Assembly (NCBI GenBank): GCA_038496445.1
Contig: JALMLS010000520.1
Coordinates: 209,930 to 273,929 of the forward strand
Source: Trichosphaerium sp. ATCC 40318
Taxonomy: Eukaryota > Protista > Tubulinea
DNA length: 64,000 bases
Reading direction: 5' to 3'
How positions within the stretch are numbered: position 1 is the first letter of the stretch; each line of letters opens with the position of its first letter. The notes below the pieces were generated by a model. It was not told the DNA's origin. It saw nothing but the letters and a program-made list of their open reading frames with translations, and made no database searches. Position numbers and translations under genes: made by a program. Positions 34,956 through 46,730 of this stretch are shown here, piece by piece.

Positions 34956-36587
34956 ATGTCTTCTTCTTCTTTGAGTTTACTTGATCTCCCACATGAAATT
35001 CAACAAGAAATCTGTACATTCAACATGGAAACTTTCACAAAATTTCATACTTTATCAAAGAACGCAGCAATCAATACACATTTCGATGAATCTCTACAAC
35101 GCAAGGGAAAATGGATCAGATGGTACAAAACAGGAAAAGTACAGTCCATTGAATATTCGAAAAACGGGCTAAACCAAGAATGGTATCAGAATGGTCAAAT
35201 AAAAGAACAATGGAAGGTAGTTAATGGCAAAAGGCATGGTAATTCCAAAATGTGGTATGACAATGGACAACTTGAAGCACAGTGCACGTTTGTTAAAGGC
35301 ACGCAACTTTGTGAAACTAAAGAGTGGTATAAAAATGGGAACATTAATGCACAAAGTATGTGGGTTGATGGTAAACTAAGTGGTGATGTGAAAGTATGGT
35401 ATGATAACAAACAACTTTCTTCGTGGGAGATTTATTTGGATGGTAAGAGAAACGGTGAAGCCAATTGGTGGTATGAAAATGGGCGACGTAATACACAAAC
35501 AATGTGGGTTAACGACAAGCGAAACGGTGAAGCCAAGGAGTGGTATGAAAATGGACAACTTAAGGCACAATCCATGTGGGTTGATGACAGACAACATGGT
35601 CAATGCAAAGTATGGCATGAAAATGGACGAATTAAGTCACAAGCCATGTGGGTGGATGGCAAGTTACATGGTGAATCTAAGCAATGGTATGAAAATGGAC
35701 AACTTAAGGCACAAGCCACGATGGATGACAAACAATGTGGTGAATCTAAGCAATGGTATGAAAATGGACAACTTCAGGCACAAGCCATGTGGGTTGATGG
35801 TAAACAACATGGTCAACATAAAGACTGGTATGTAAACGGACAACTTAAGTCACAAGCCATGTGGATTGATGACAAGAGACAAGGCGAAGTTAAGGGATGG
35901 TATGAAAATGGACAAGTTCAGGGACAAGTGATGATGGCTGAAAACAAACGACATGGTGAATGCAAATTATGGTATAAAAACGGAAAACTCCAGCAAACAA
36001 GCATGTGGATAGATGGCAAGAAACACGGTGAAATCAACGAGTGGTATGAAAACGGACAACTTAAGGAACAAGCAAATATGGTTTACAATAAACGGAATGG
36101 AGAATTCAAAAGCTGGTACGACAATGGAAAACTGAAGATACACAGCTTGTGGGTTGATGGTAAACAAAACGGAGTTACCAAAGAGTGGTATGGAACTGGT
36201 CAACTATTTCGACAAAGCACATGGGTAGATAATAAGAAACATGGCGAAACCCATGAGTGGTATAAAAATGGCCAACTTATGACCCAAAGCATGTGGACTG
36301 ATGGGAAATTATATGGTACAATGAAACAGTGGAGTGAAGATGGAAAACCAACGGAAGAAGACGATAAACAAATCAAGAGATGGTTTAGTAGTCGAAAAAC
36401 CAAGAAACAAAATCGCTTTGGTATTACCTACAACAAAAACAAGAAAAGAAGCAGCAGTTTAATGATAAGATCATTCAACACAATATTGTTCCCTTTCCAT
36501 ATCTTACGTCGTTTTGTGTGGGCATGGTTGAGGTACTTTTCAAGTGCATTTTATTCGTCAATGATGTTTTGGTCAAAAAAGAAATAA
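34956..36587 (+). CDS. F-box-like + MORN2-variant (YwqK-like) repeat protein, intronless coding region
   Basis: LSLLDLPHEIQQEI N-terminus; about 17 repeats of WYENGQLKxQxMWVDGKxHGExK; basic/aromatic C-terminal tail. Confidence 0.88.
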   Translation: MSSSSLSLLDLPHEIQQEICTFNMETFTKFHTLSKNAAINTHFDESLQRKGKWIRWYKTGKVQSIEYSKNGLNQEWYQNGQIKEQWKVVNGKRHGNSKMWYDNGQLEAQCTFVKGTQLCETKEWYKNGNINAQSMWVDGKLSGDVKVWYDNKQLSSWEIYLDGKRNGEANWWYENGRRNTQTMWVNDKRNGEAKEWYENGQLKAQSMWVDDRQHGQCKVWHENGRIKSQAMWVDGKLHGESKQWYENGQLKAQATMDDKQCGESKQWYENGQLQAQAMWVDGKQHGQHKDWYVNGQLKSQAMWIDDKRQGEVKGWYENGQVQGQVMMAENKRHGECKLWYKNGKLQQTSMWIDGKKHGEINEWYENGQLKEQANMVYNKRNGEFKSWYDNGKLKIHSLWVDGKQNGVTKEWYGTGQLFRQSTWVDNKKHGETHEWYKNGQLMTQSMWTDGKLYGTMKQWSEDGKPTEEDDKQIKRWFSSRKTKKQNRFGITYNKNKKRSSSLMIRSFNTILFPFHILRRFVWAWLRYFSSAFYSSMMFWSKKK

Positions 36588-37960
36588 CAGATAATCGCAA
36601 GGTGTAGTTAAAAAAACAATAAACAAAAAAATCATTTCATTCAAGAATTTATATTATTGTTGAAGTCGTCTTTCTACCATTACTGATGTGAAAATGAAGC
36701 ATGTGGATGTCGTGTATATGCACAAAACCTAAACGTTATAGCTAATGAAATTGAACAGACTGGATCGCTATTGTAAAACCTCAAGGATCCTCAATAGTAC
36801 AGCCGCAAATTTGTTTCATGTTGAAAAAATGTTTTTTTTTGCATGCTTGTTTGGGGAACTGAAAAGAAGAATGAAAGACAATGTTTTACTCCAAACCTAG
36901 ACATTTTATCCAATACCCACTGCAAAAAGTAGTAAAGGCAGTTTACTGCTTTGCTTTTGGACCGTTTTTATCTCAACTCTTACCCAGACCGATATTTTTG
37001 TAGCTATCACGTGATGGAACGATGAAACGGCAAAACTACCCTAACAGCGTAGCCCGATTACATGGTACCTTGGTTTAGTGGCTCACTTAGTATAACTTTG
37101 ACATTCCATGACGTTCTCTTATTACTTTTTATTGCGTTTGTTGGAGGTGTAAACTATTTTTCCGAAGAATTGTTTTGATTTAGCCGAAATGGTAGTTTTT
37201 TCGCAATTTCTGTCGGGTACTATGAAATACCGCTAACTGCACTTATATGGAGCATAATTTTAAAAATACATTAGAAGTAAGTGATTTGTTGGCAGTAGTA
37301 TGTGATTCCGTGTCAGCTCGTGTTTTAGTGTTTCTCCTTCACAGAAAACCCAATTATTCTGTGTTGTTATTAAAACAACTATCTAGACTGCCTGCATCGT
37401 TTGATAGTTCACATACAAGTATGTTTTGGGCGTTGTCGGATAGAAGTAGCGGCATATTGATTCACAATGGTGCTATTTATTACGACTTAAAACTGTTCAT
37501 TGTAAACAAAGCACTTGATATAAAACACAAATGGAACGTTATAGAAAATTTGTAGCTAGAGAAAACAAGGTTATTAACAAACAAAGAGCAAATCACGTGA
37601 TATTGTATTTTCATAATACACAGATGCCTGCTACGCCTTTATGTTCTATAAAGAAGAAGCCATTCAAGAGAAGGTATCAGCTAGAACAAGGATTTTCAAT
37701 GTACAGACAAAACGCTGTAGCGTGTGAATATAAGTTTCCGGCAGCTTTTTGCTTTGGTGACGACATCGAAAAAGTTAAACCGATCGTCACGTGTAACAAA
37801 AAGATAATACCGAGACTACGAAAAAAGAAGATAATAATACAACAACAGTGTGCAAATCAAATGAAATTGAACTACATACTAAACTAAACTGAACAAAAAA
37901 TACCTTGTAATAAATAATAAATAATATGTACCATAACTAATAAATCCAAGTAAAACATCA

Positions 37961-38047
37961 TCCTTGACACCTTTCAGCGCTTTGGTGCTTTCATTTGAAA
38001 TACTCCTATAAACAGAAACATCAATCGCATGAACACCAGCAAACATG
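37961..38047 (-). pseudogene. Isolated remnant of a GVHTI-type LRR
   Basis: FAGVHAIDVSVYRSISNESTKALKGV resembles one LRR unit of the 28680/30843 family; no flanking coding context. Confidence 0.55.
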
Positions 38048-38129
38048 ACAAGAACGATGTAGTATAAACCAAAAAAAAAAAAACAAAGACGATTTCTAAA
38101 ACAAGAGGATTCTTTATTGAGATAACGGT

Positions 38130-38987
38130 TTAGATCCACACTTTGAAATCATCAAAGAAAGCAGTATCGGTTGTAGGAGACCACCATCTGCTATCACTTG
38201 CACTTCCTCCTCTGTACGTGTTAAAGATCAAGTTGTTAATCTTCACATTTGATTTTCCAGATTTTCTGTAAAGAATGTTCCTCCTCTCCAATTCAAGTCT
38301 TCCGTTGACATACATTTTCAAAATACCGTTTCTACTTCCCGGTGTGTTGAGCTTTATGTATTGTTTGATCGTGTACCATTTGTTCTTTTCTAGTCCTCTC
38401 ATAATCTCGATCTCAACACCACACTTGTTGATATCGCGATCAGGGAAATAAGTGTAAGCAACAAGCCTGACAGGTTTACCAGCACCGGATTGCCTCCACA
38501 TTAATCGAACAGAGAAGCCGTTGTCAATGTTGTTTCTATTCTTCGTACATCCAGAAGGAATAGCACCATTACCACTTAGAGCAGAGCCGCCCAATCCAGG
38601 TAGCTTTCCACCGTACGCCCATACAAAGCCTGAGTCGAATTTAACTTTGTATTCAAGTGTTGCTTCTGTGACATCGCTAAATTGTTTGTCGAACAAGAAT
38701 CCGCCGTTGTGACCTCCTGCTGAATTTTTGAGGTACTGAGTGCGTATCTGTTTGTTGATGATAGCAGTTTGATGAGGCCACGTGACACCGTTTCCGTCTA
38801 AGCCCCTGATTGCGCCAGAAGTTCTCGCTCTGATTGGACCGAAATCATTTGTTGCTTTTTGGATAGTGTATCGGTAGTTACGAGTGTGGTGGTTGAAATC
38901 TTCGTTTATTACAAGACTTGCGGCGTAAGATAAAGCGAAGAGCGTTAACGCTATCGATAAGAGTTGGGAAAAGCGTATAGCTTTCAT
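38130..38987 (-). CDS. Secreted polysaccharide lyase family 14 (alginate/polyuronate lyase), intronless
   Basis: Signal peptide MKAIRFSQLLSIALTLFALSYAA; LEYKVKFDSGF, GGKLPGL, FSVRLMWR, AYTY, LNTPG..NGILKMYVNG, FNTYRGG. Confidence 0.88.
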   Translation of the reverse strand: MKAIRFSQLLSIALTLFALSYAASLVINEDFNHHTRNYRYTIQKATNDFGPIRARTSGAIRGLDGNGVTWPHQTAIINKQIRTQYLKNSAGGHNGGFLFDKQFSDVTEATLEYKVKFDSGFVWAYGGKLPGLGGSALSGNGAIPSGCTKNRNNIDNGFSVRLMWRQSGAGKPVRLVAYTYFPDRDINKCGVEIEIMRGLEKNKWYTIKQYIKLNTPGSRNGILKMYVNGRLELERRNILYRKSGKSNVKINNLIFNTYRGGSASDSRWWSPTTDTAFFDDFKVWI

Positions 38988-40732
38988 GTTGCGTTGCTTG
39001 TGTTGTTGTTGTGACAATGGTTTAATATGGTATGGCTTAGTTTGTTCTCCATTCACAATTTCTTGCGCTAGTCGTCTAAGTTTGGTATTGTACTAGCGCC
39101 CAGTATTGGAATGGTTGGAAGATAGTTCAAGTTGTACAAGCAACTGTCGCAAAAGACACGTGATCAAGATTGAAACAGCAAAAAAGTTTACCAAACGATA
39201 AAGTTAAATTGTGCGTAGCGCTATTCTACAAAACTCATCAGCTCCATTAGTAATCATGCCATAAATACTACAACGAACAAAGAACGGCTTATACTGCGCT
39301 GCTATTATACTAGCGATTGAATTTTCCTCGGGAAAAGAACCCGACTTTCGTTCACATCATGACACCTAAATGAACTACAAAAGTAAGCTAGATGCCCTAA
39401 TACAAAAGCGGAGGAATACTTACTACGACAAATGTGCTCTAAAATGAAAAAGAAACTAACAACATTTCCAGTTAGGAGTCAGACTCTATAAATACACGTG
39501 ACAGATTGTTCTTTTACTTTATGAATAGGGTCGCTTTATTTAGCAACAAACAATCCAAAAGGTTTTGTCGTGACGTCACAACTACAATTTTAGCTATGTA
39601 GTGTTAATAATTAAAATACTCCAACCCAATGAAGATGGATTTTACGTTAAAATACTCGGGCAATTTATCCCGAGCACGATGGAGATTTTTAGCGATTTTT
39701 CATTTCGTCTTTGATTTTTCTTCCTGATAGTAATTTCACCAAAGACTTTCAATGTACTCCTAGTCAAGGGTAGAAGCGCTATTTACAGTACCTAGTTGTA
39801 AACCAATAGGTACACTTGTGAATTAAATACAAATGAAACTATGCATATTGCCAGGCTTCGACAAACCCTAAACTCAAAAACTTGTATAAAAGAGCTTACT
39901 TACAAGCGTATAGCTTGTAGAGCCATGCCTACAATTTAAAAAAATGACGCTATACAATTACAAACACATGTTTTTCGATGTGTCACATTGGTATTCTAAT
40001 GCCCTTCCGTTACGAATGAATAATATGAATTATTGTATTCAAATACAGCCAGTATTCATGAGTATAAACAGTTATTCTTTATTCATGTCTATTGCCTGAC
40101 AGTAAACGGTCGAAAGTTTGCGAGTTCATGGGTTGATTTTTACGCCCACAAATCCCACACATACAACTTTGAAAGCGGTCGTGGGTTGTTAATAAAAACC
40201 AGCATTAGTAGTTCTCTAAGGCAGATAATCTGGCAATAATACGCACACAAAGTGCTGCCGGTATGTTTCGATGGTGTTTTACGAGCACGTGACCAGTTAC
40301 CACAATAAACCGTTTGTTGGATTTGACAATGGTCATCGATACGTAGTACCACATAAGTAAGTGATATCAGTACGTTTGGTGTACCTTTCTGTAGATTTTT
40401 TGATAGCTTTGCGCTTCTTCAGATTCTTTTACAGCAATACCGCCTCTTGGATAGTACTCAGCGAGTACAAGCTATAAATAAAGTTGAATTGCAAAGATTG
40501 TTTTAAAATATTTCACTGCAATACTCTTATAGCGTCCCAGTATGGCTACAAAGGGGTATCTGCACAACAGCGTTGTTGCATTGGTCCACTTTAATTAATC
40601 TCTTTGTTACGCTCTAAAATGGTTCACTGAATCGTAGTTAGCTGGTTTTTTTTTTTTCAACGCAATTCATTAATACCCAAGTGGCTACCGTACGTGAATT
40701 ATTCAAGTTCTCACTATTAAGCTTGTAAATAG

Positions 40733-42397
40733 ATGGCAGAAACAAAAATAAAATCAATACCTACAAAATCTGTTCTAGGTACGCTGCTAACGCCCACCAC
40801 AAAGCATACGGTCTTAATATGAGTATTAGAATCGAAATGTGTTGGCTGTTTATTAGGCAGCATGCTAGGTGACTGCTTAGGCTCTGCAGTGGAAGGATGG
40901 CCTGCCGCGAGGATAGTAACGCATTTTACTTACCTTCGGTACTCTATTTTTCAAATAAATGCTCTTAAAATACCACTAGGACGATGGAAGCTGGTGTCCA
41001 CATGGGTACATACTTCCTCCGCCAAGGGATGTACACAGATGACACGAACGCTACATTAGCTCTGGCTTCAAGGTACGATAAAAAAAACCATACTCAAAAT
41101 ATACTTGTATCTCAAGGTAAACTGATTTTATTGTAGTATTGTGGAGAACAGTGGTTTGGGTAAAACTACGAGCTAATGTTTTTTTCTCTTTTTATTCTAA
41201 TCTTTTCCCGATAGTCCCTGGACACGCAGCTAAACAATACGGATTGTTTTGGAAGAGTAAACCAGAAAGAGGGTATTTATTAATGACACCCTATTTATAG
41301 ATGATGTTCTCACGTGTTTTTAAGGTACCCTGGCTCAGCTAAAGCTGTGATGCAAGCTGTTCTTGATGGAAAGGATTGGCGGTACATAGACCTCTTTATT
41401 TCTTTTTACCTTGCTTCTCTTGGATGATGGTTTATGATTACATAGTAAAACCGGCACTGTTCGTTTCCCTGACGGATCTTTTGCTAATGGAGGAGCAATG
41501 AGAATTGCCCCAGTTGGATTAGCATTCAGGTTAGTTAAAAACTTAAAGTTGTCCCAAATTTTCTGAATAACAAATTTAGAAATGCCTCTGATGATGAGCT
41601 TTATGAGGCTGTGAGATACGCAATAATGAGTTCTCACGTACATCCAGAAGCTATAGATGGAGCTTGGATTGTAGTACGTACAAGAAAGGAGCGTATGGCT
41701 TAAACCTTACATTTCTTCTTCAATTTTAGGCAAAAGTAATTACTACTTTCTTGAGCGATGCTCCTGCTCCAACTGATGGTGTAGAATTCCTTAAACAAAC
41801 AATTTCTTTGGCTAAAACTCCAGCAATGAAACAGAATATTGGTCGTCTTATTGAGGTCTGGGATTCTTCTACAGACGCAAGGATTTGCGAAACAATAGGA
41901 AATGGGTTTCAAATTAAAGCGATACGTACGCTTATTAGATTCCTTTTAGATTTTCTTATACTTGTATTAAAGAGGCTGTACCATGTGCTTTATGGTGTGT
42001 TGCAAAAGAATTAAATAATGCCGAAGATTGTATCATCAGGGCACGTGTTTATCACGTTATCTGTCAGAACTTGAATAAGTAAAATTAACCGATTTATAGG
42101 CTGTGAATATGGGCGGTGATACTGATACAGTTGGAGCCATTGCTGGATCTATGATTGGCACGTTGCATGGTACCAAGTACGAAGAAAGAGATCCAGTTTT
42201 TTCAAAATTATTAAGTATACATTGTTGCTTCTATTGCTTTGTTTTATTTTCTTACATTCCTCATTTTTCTTTGAAGGTGGGTGCCAGAGCGTTGGTTTGA
42301 CAATGTCGAAAACAAAGAGCGAGGTAGAGACTACGCTATTGATCTCGCAAAGAAATTATCAGCGCTTGATCTGCATACTGTTATACTCGAAGAATAA
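40733..42397 (+). CDS. ADP-ribosylglycohydrolase (ARH3/DraG-like)
   Basis: GSMLGDCLGSAVEG, MYTDDT, GYPGS, GSFANGGAMRIAPVG, SSHVHP, AVNMGGDTDTVGAIAGSMIG, WVPERW; about 11 introns. Confidence 0.93.
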
Positions 42398-42469
42398 ACA
42401 AAGTAAAAGTTTATTTTTTTCAGTTGAGGTATTATTTTTCTTTTGGCGTTTTTTTACATGACCTCATCT

Positions 42470-45400
42470 TTACACATTGCTATCTGATTGTACACTTGAT
42501 GATGTAGCTTCTCTTGATGCAATAGGGGCTTTTGCTTCCGTAACTTCATCTATAGGTGCTTCATCTTCTGAGTCTGAAATTTCTTCTCTGATAGTCTCGA
42601 GAGTTCCTCCAGTTGCTTTGGCTAGTGCGGTTTCTAGTTTACGAATACGTCTTTTCATTCTCGCCATATTTTTCTTCAAGTCTACATCACTATGTACAGT
42701 CCCTGATGGTTTTATAGTAGTCAATGATCTACTGACACCACTTGAATTGGTGCTCTTGTTTATCTCGGATTGAACTTGTATCATGTATCTCATTCGTGGT
42801 ACAAGCAATGCCATTACTGAAATAAAAGGTCCAAGTACAATACATAGTGACCTTAGAATGAACGCTATCTCGCGATTATCAGCTCCAAACACCTAATCCG
42901 ATAAGCCACTGTTACATAGTATTTAGATAGGTAGAATAACGTACTTGAATGATTATAATGATAATAATGAAGAAAGCTAAAGTGTAAACAGCAAATCCAA
43001 TTGACCTAGAAAAAAATAAGAAAATAAAACAATGTCTTCCTATTGACGTCATGTCGTACTTTGATTCATTGTATAGAACAGCTTTAAGTCTCCATATTCT
43101 ATACACCCAGTAAAGTCCATAGACGAGAACGCCAGCATTGAATATCATCAAGATAACAAAGAATATTGTATCCGTTGTTGTATTGGAGCAAGCATAGTAA
43201 TTGTCTGAAAGAATAAACGGTGCTTCCTCACGAAGTTCAGCTCTTCCTGTACTTATTGCTGTCCATAGAACAAGTACTACTATTTCTATTGCTACTATTG
43301 AAGCAACAATAGGAATAATCATCATGTTTGTAACTTTAAAAACTTCCAAACTTTTAACAAGGAAGATCTGACCAATTCGATAAATCCTTGCAAACAATGC
43401 GCCATAAGTCAACTAAAACTTAATTAGCTTAAAACTAATCACTCGTTTAGGCGCTTTAGAGTCACATACACCAAATCCTATCGCCAGCAACCATCTGACA
43501 AGATTACAGTGAAGGTCATCTGTATGTAGAGTCCAAAAAAAGACAGAGCAGTACATAATAATAGTGCCAATCTAGGGGTGAAACTGTTAGCATGCGAATA
43601 ACTGAGAACGTTGTAAACACGTACAAGGGTGAGGACTACAAAAACTGGCTGAGCCGCTCTTATTACTCTATTGTTTTGGTATATCAAAACCCATATCATG
43701 AGTGAGACAGTAATAAGAATTGCGGCAGAAACCAGACTTAGAATTACCACCTCACTGGTGTACTCTTAAAAAGTAAAGTCAGCAATCATACACTTCTTCA
43801 ATCCGTGAGCACGTACTGTACCATCCGTATGTTGTCTTCCTTTCATCCCATTTTGGTGCTGGGTATATAAATCTACTTGTTACAGCAAAAAGAGGAGCAA
43901 CAATTTGATCGATAAGATCGTCATCATATTGATAAGTCAAGCCGTTTCGCCCAAGATTTTGTCCAAATCTGTCAAACTCAAACTCTCCACAAAACCCTGT
44001 AATATCCAAGGCGTTTATAGTATTCTGGATAACATCGGAGTCAAAGGAACTAGATAAAAACCGTTACCAAACTAAAATAAATCACGTGACAAGAAATTGT
44101 TAATCACGTGCTTTGCAGTTTCCAATGCGTATTGAACAATGTAGCCTTGTGTGTACCCAATCATTCCTGAAAAAAAACGATCAGTCTTGTTAATCATTAT
44201 TTCGTGGCCACTTTAGTTGTGTTTTTAGCGTAACTGTTGTTGCACTTACCGTTATATCCTGGTTCTACTCCAAATCTATCTTCGTACTGTTGATTGAAAA
44301 GTAGTGGTGATGTAATATTGCCGGTGCTAATGAAATGATGATACCGAACTGTTTCATCACGTTCATCGTATCTATCGCTTCGAAGTCTTTTATCCCACTA
44401 CAAAAAAGTAAATTATTAAGCTATGGAAAGGCTACAATCCCGTACAAGGCCACCTGTACTCATTACGTATTTTCCATCTTGTCCAAACTGTGCTCGAACG
44501 TCTTCAGGCTCTAGAACACAAGGACTTGAGAAAAGATAAGCCTAAAGTAATCAGTCAAGGATTTAAGAGAAACTTCAGTTCGTTGTATACATTAGCGTTG
44601 AAATCCATCTCCCTTGCCGTTTTCATTATCGCGGAACACGAAAAGAACGTTCCCCCAAGGAGCACATCTACGTTGTTCCAAGTCAGATACAAGTTAGGAG
44701 GTTGACAACCCAGTACCAGGTTTAATTTCTTTTAAGGATTCTATCAAATTTTCGATGTGTGGTTGTACCAATGTTGCATTTGGAGAAAACGGAATACTGT
44801 TAAAGTAAACAAGCTCAAGTCCCAAAAATTCTATTGTTCGAAGAGACCCTTGAGCAACAGACTCCGTAAATGCAGAATCTTTTGATAACCTTGTTAGTTG
44901 AAACAAGAAAAAAAGACTAAACTCTTTACCTTCATAAAAGACAGCAATCGTTTTAGCGTTTTGAATGACGAGCAAATTCAAGGCCTCTGTCATGAATTGT
45001 GTTGTAGGTAATGCAAGACCCGAAGCATATTCCAGTCTCCTTCCGAAGCTTACTTCACATGGAGGAAGTCTATTATCATCGCAAATGTAATTCGACGAAG
45101 TTGCTGCTGCAGCTAAAAAAAAAACATTATTTCTACAAAGGATTTTTACACAACCGTTAACTTAATACACTTGTAGTAATCAAAAAATACTAGTTACAGA
45201 ATATTGTGTTTCATCGGAGATAACGAAAACCATCAATGAAATATAAACCCACAAGAGGAAGAAAAAAGAGAATAAAAAAGAGCGGAGGATAAAAAAACGC
45301 GAAAGTGCAGAAAAAAAGTTCTTTAAAAACAATTTCTCCGAGATTGTAGCTTGCTGCCGTAAAAACATTTGATAATTGGGTTTTTGAAACAAAAAACGGC

Positions 45401-46106
45401 GTTCGTAGCCTTCCCGATTTAGTTTTTCGTTTACTTACGTAACAGAGCATTTACTGCATTGTCATTTGCCACTATCGCGCCACTTAGTCCCAAATGTGTT
45501 GACAATGGCTAAATACATAAGCTCAGTCACGTATGGAACACGTGATAGCGAAAATAAATTTGTGCCGTACCAAAAACAAAAAGTCTACTCCTTCGGCTAT
45601 AACAGCCAATGTAACATTCTTTACGGAATCAGGACTATTATCTACAATGATCGATTAACAACAACACAACTCAGCCTTAAAAAAAAAAAAGATTTGAAAG
45701 GAGTTTTATCGCTCACGATTATTCGCCTTTACGTCGCTATACGCGTACCTGTAGCTCTCTCCAGAATTTCTACAGTATAGTTAACACCATTTATATTCAA
45801 ACCTCCCATTGCGTTGACCTGAAAGGCAGCGACATTAATATTTAATTATTAAATAATATCTAAAAGGTAAGATTGATTTGGAGTTATATTTTGTTTTTTT
45901 GGCACCAAGTAAAGGAAATTTCTTTAAAAACGTACTCTGTCTCTCCACATACGCTGTCCATTTAGCACAAGGGCACTAGGTCTAACTAACGGCCCCTCCG
46001 AAGGAAATAAACTTCCAATACGAAACACTGTACTGTTTTGAGCTATGCATGGAACTCCGAATGATAACAATAACAGTGTCGCCACAATATAAATATGCAG
46101 TTGCAT
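42470..46106 (-). CDS. Class C (GABA-B/Grl-like) GPCR with periplasmic-binding-protein (Venus flytrap) ectodomain
   Basis: Signal peptide, FRIGSLFPSEG, VNAMGGLNING, TGFCGEFEFDRFGQN; 7TM_3 motifs NRVIRAAQPVF, TYGALFARIYRIGQIF, YNESK|SIGFAVY, LLVPR; C-terminal coiled coil. Confidence 0.9.
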
Positions 46107-46730
46107 GTGCTACCTCTTTGAAATACGCTGTTTTGAATTGTAATATCAATCACATTTTTTACCTTTCGTTCTACGGGTCAAACCAAATTCAACGAAAAAG
46201 TTTGAATAGTGATAAAGTGGCAGCCCATCGGCTTGTATTCAAAGTTGTTTGTCGTACTTGTAACAGGACATGCACTGTTTCTTGCGACATCTAAGTTCTC
46301 ATAGAAAAAAATAAGACATTATTCTGTACCCTGACAAAACACAAACATTCGCAAGTATCTAAAATTAATACAATAAGTTTGTTGGTGAAGACTGCAAATA
46401 AACTACAGCTCAAAGGAGTGTTGAAATTGCTGTTTTTCACTTGGTGTTTGTTGGAAGCACGACTTTTGCCAGTTCGCAAGATTTCGCAAATGCTTCCGAA
46501 ATCGGGAACTTCATGACAGCCTCAGTCTGCAACATAATGAGGATTTTAGCTGTAGTCTCATCATGTAGGATTCACTACTTAGCCGAAAAGTTGTTCTTGT
46601 TAGAGACTTGCTTCGTACAAACACGCTTCTCTTATCAAACTTACAATATATTGCGATTCTACGAAACTGAGTAGCACGTGCAAACAAAAATGACAAGCTT
46701 TACTCAAAAAGTGTTTAATGTAGTGTTTGT

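Noticed and set aside
35401-35835. Met-rich repetitive ORF (GMKMDNLRHKP)
   Set aside because: Alternate-frame shadow of the MORN2 repeats, not a separate gene.
37247-37887. Two overlapping ORFs, the first with a faint F-box-like start
   Set aside because: No convincing motif or splice model; could be a decayed gene but unsupported.
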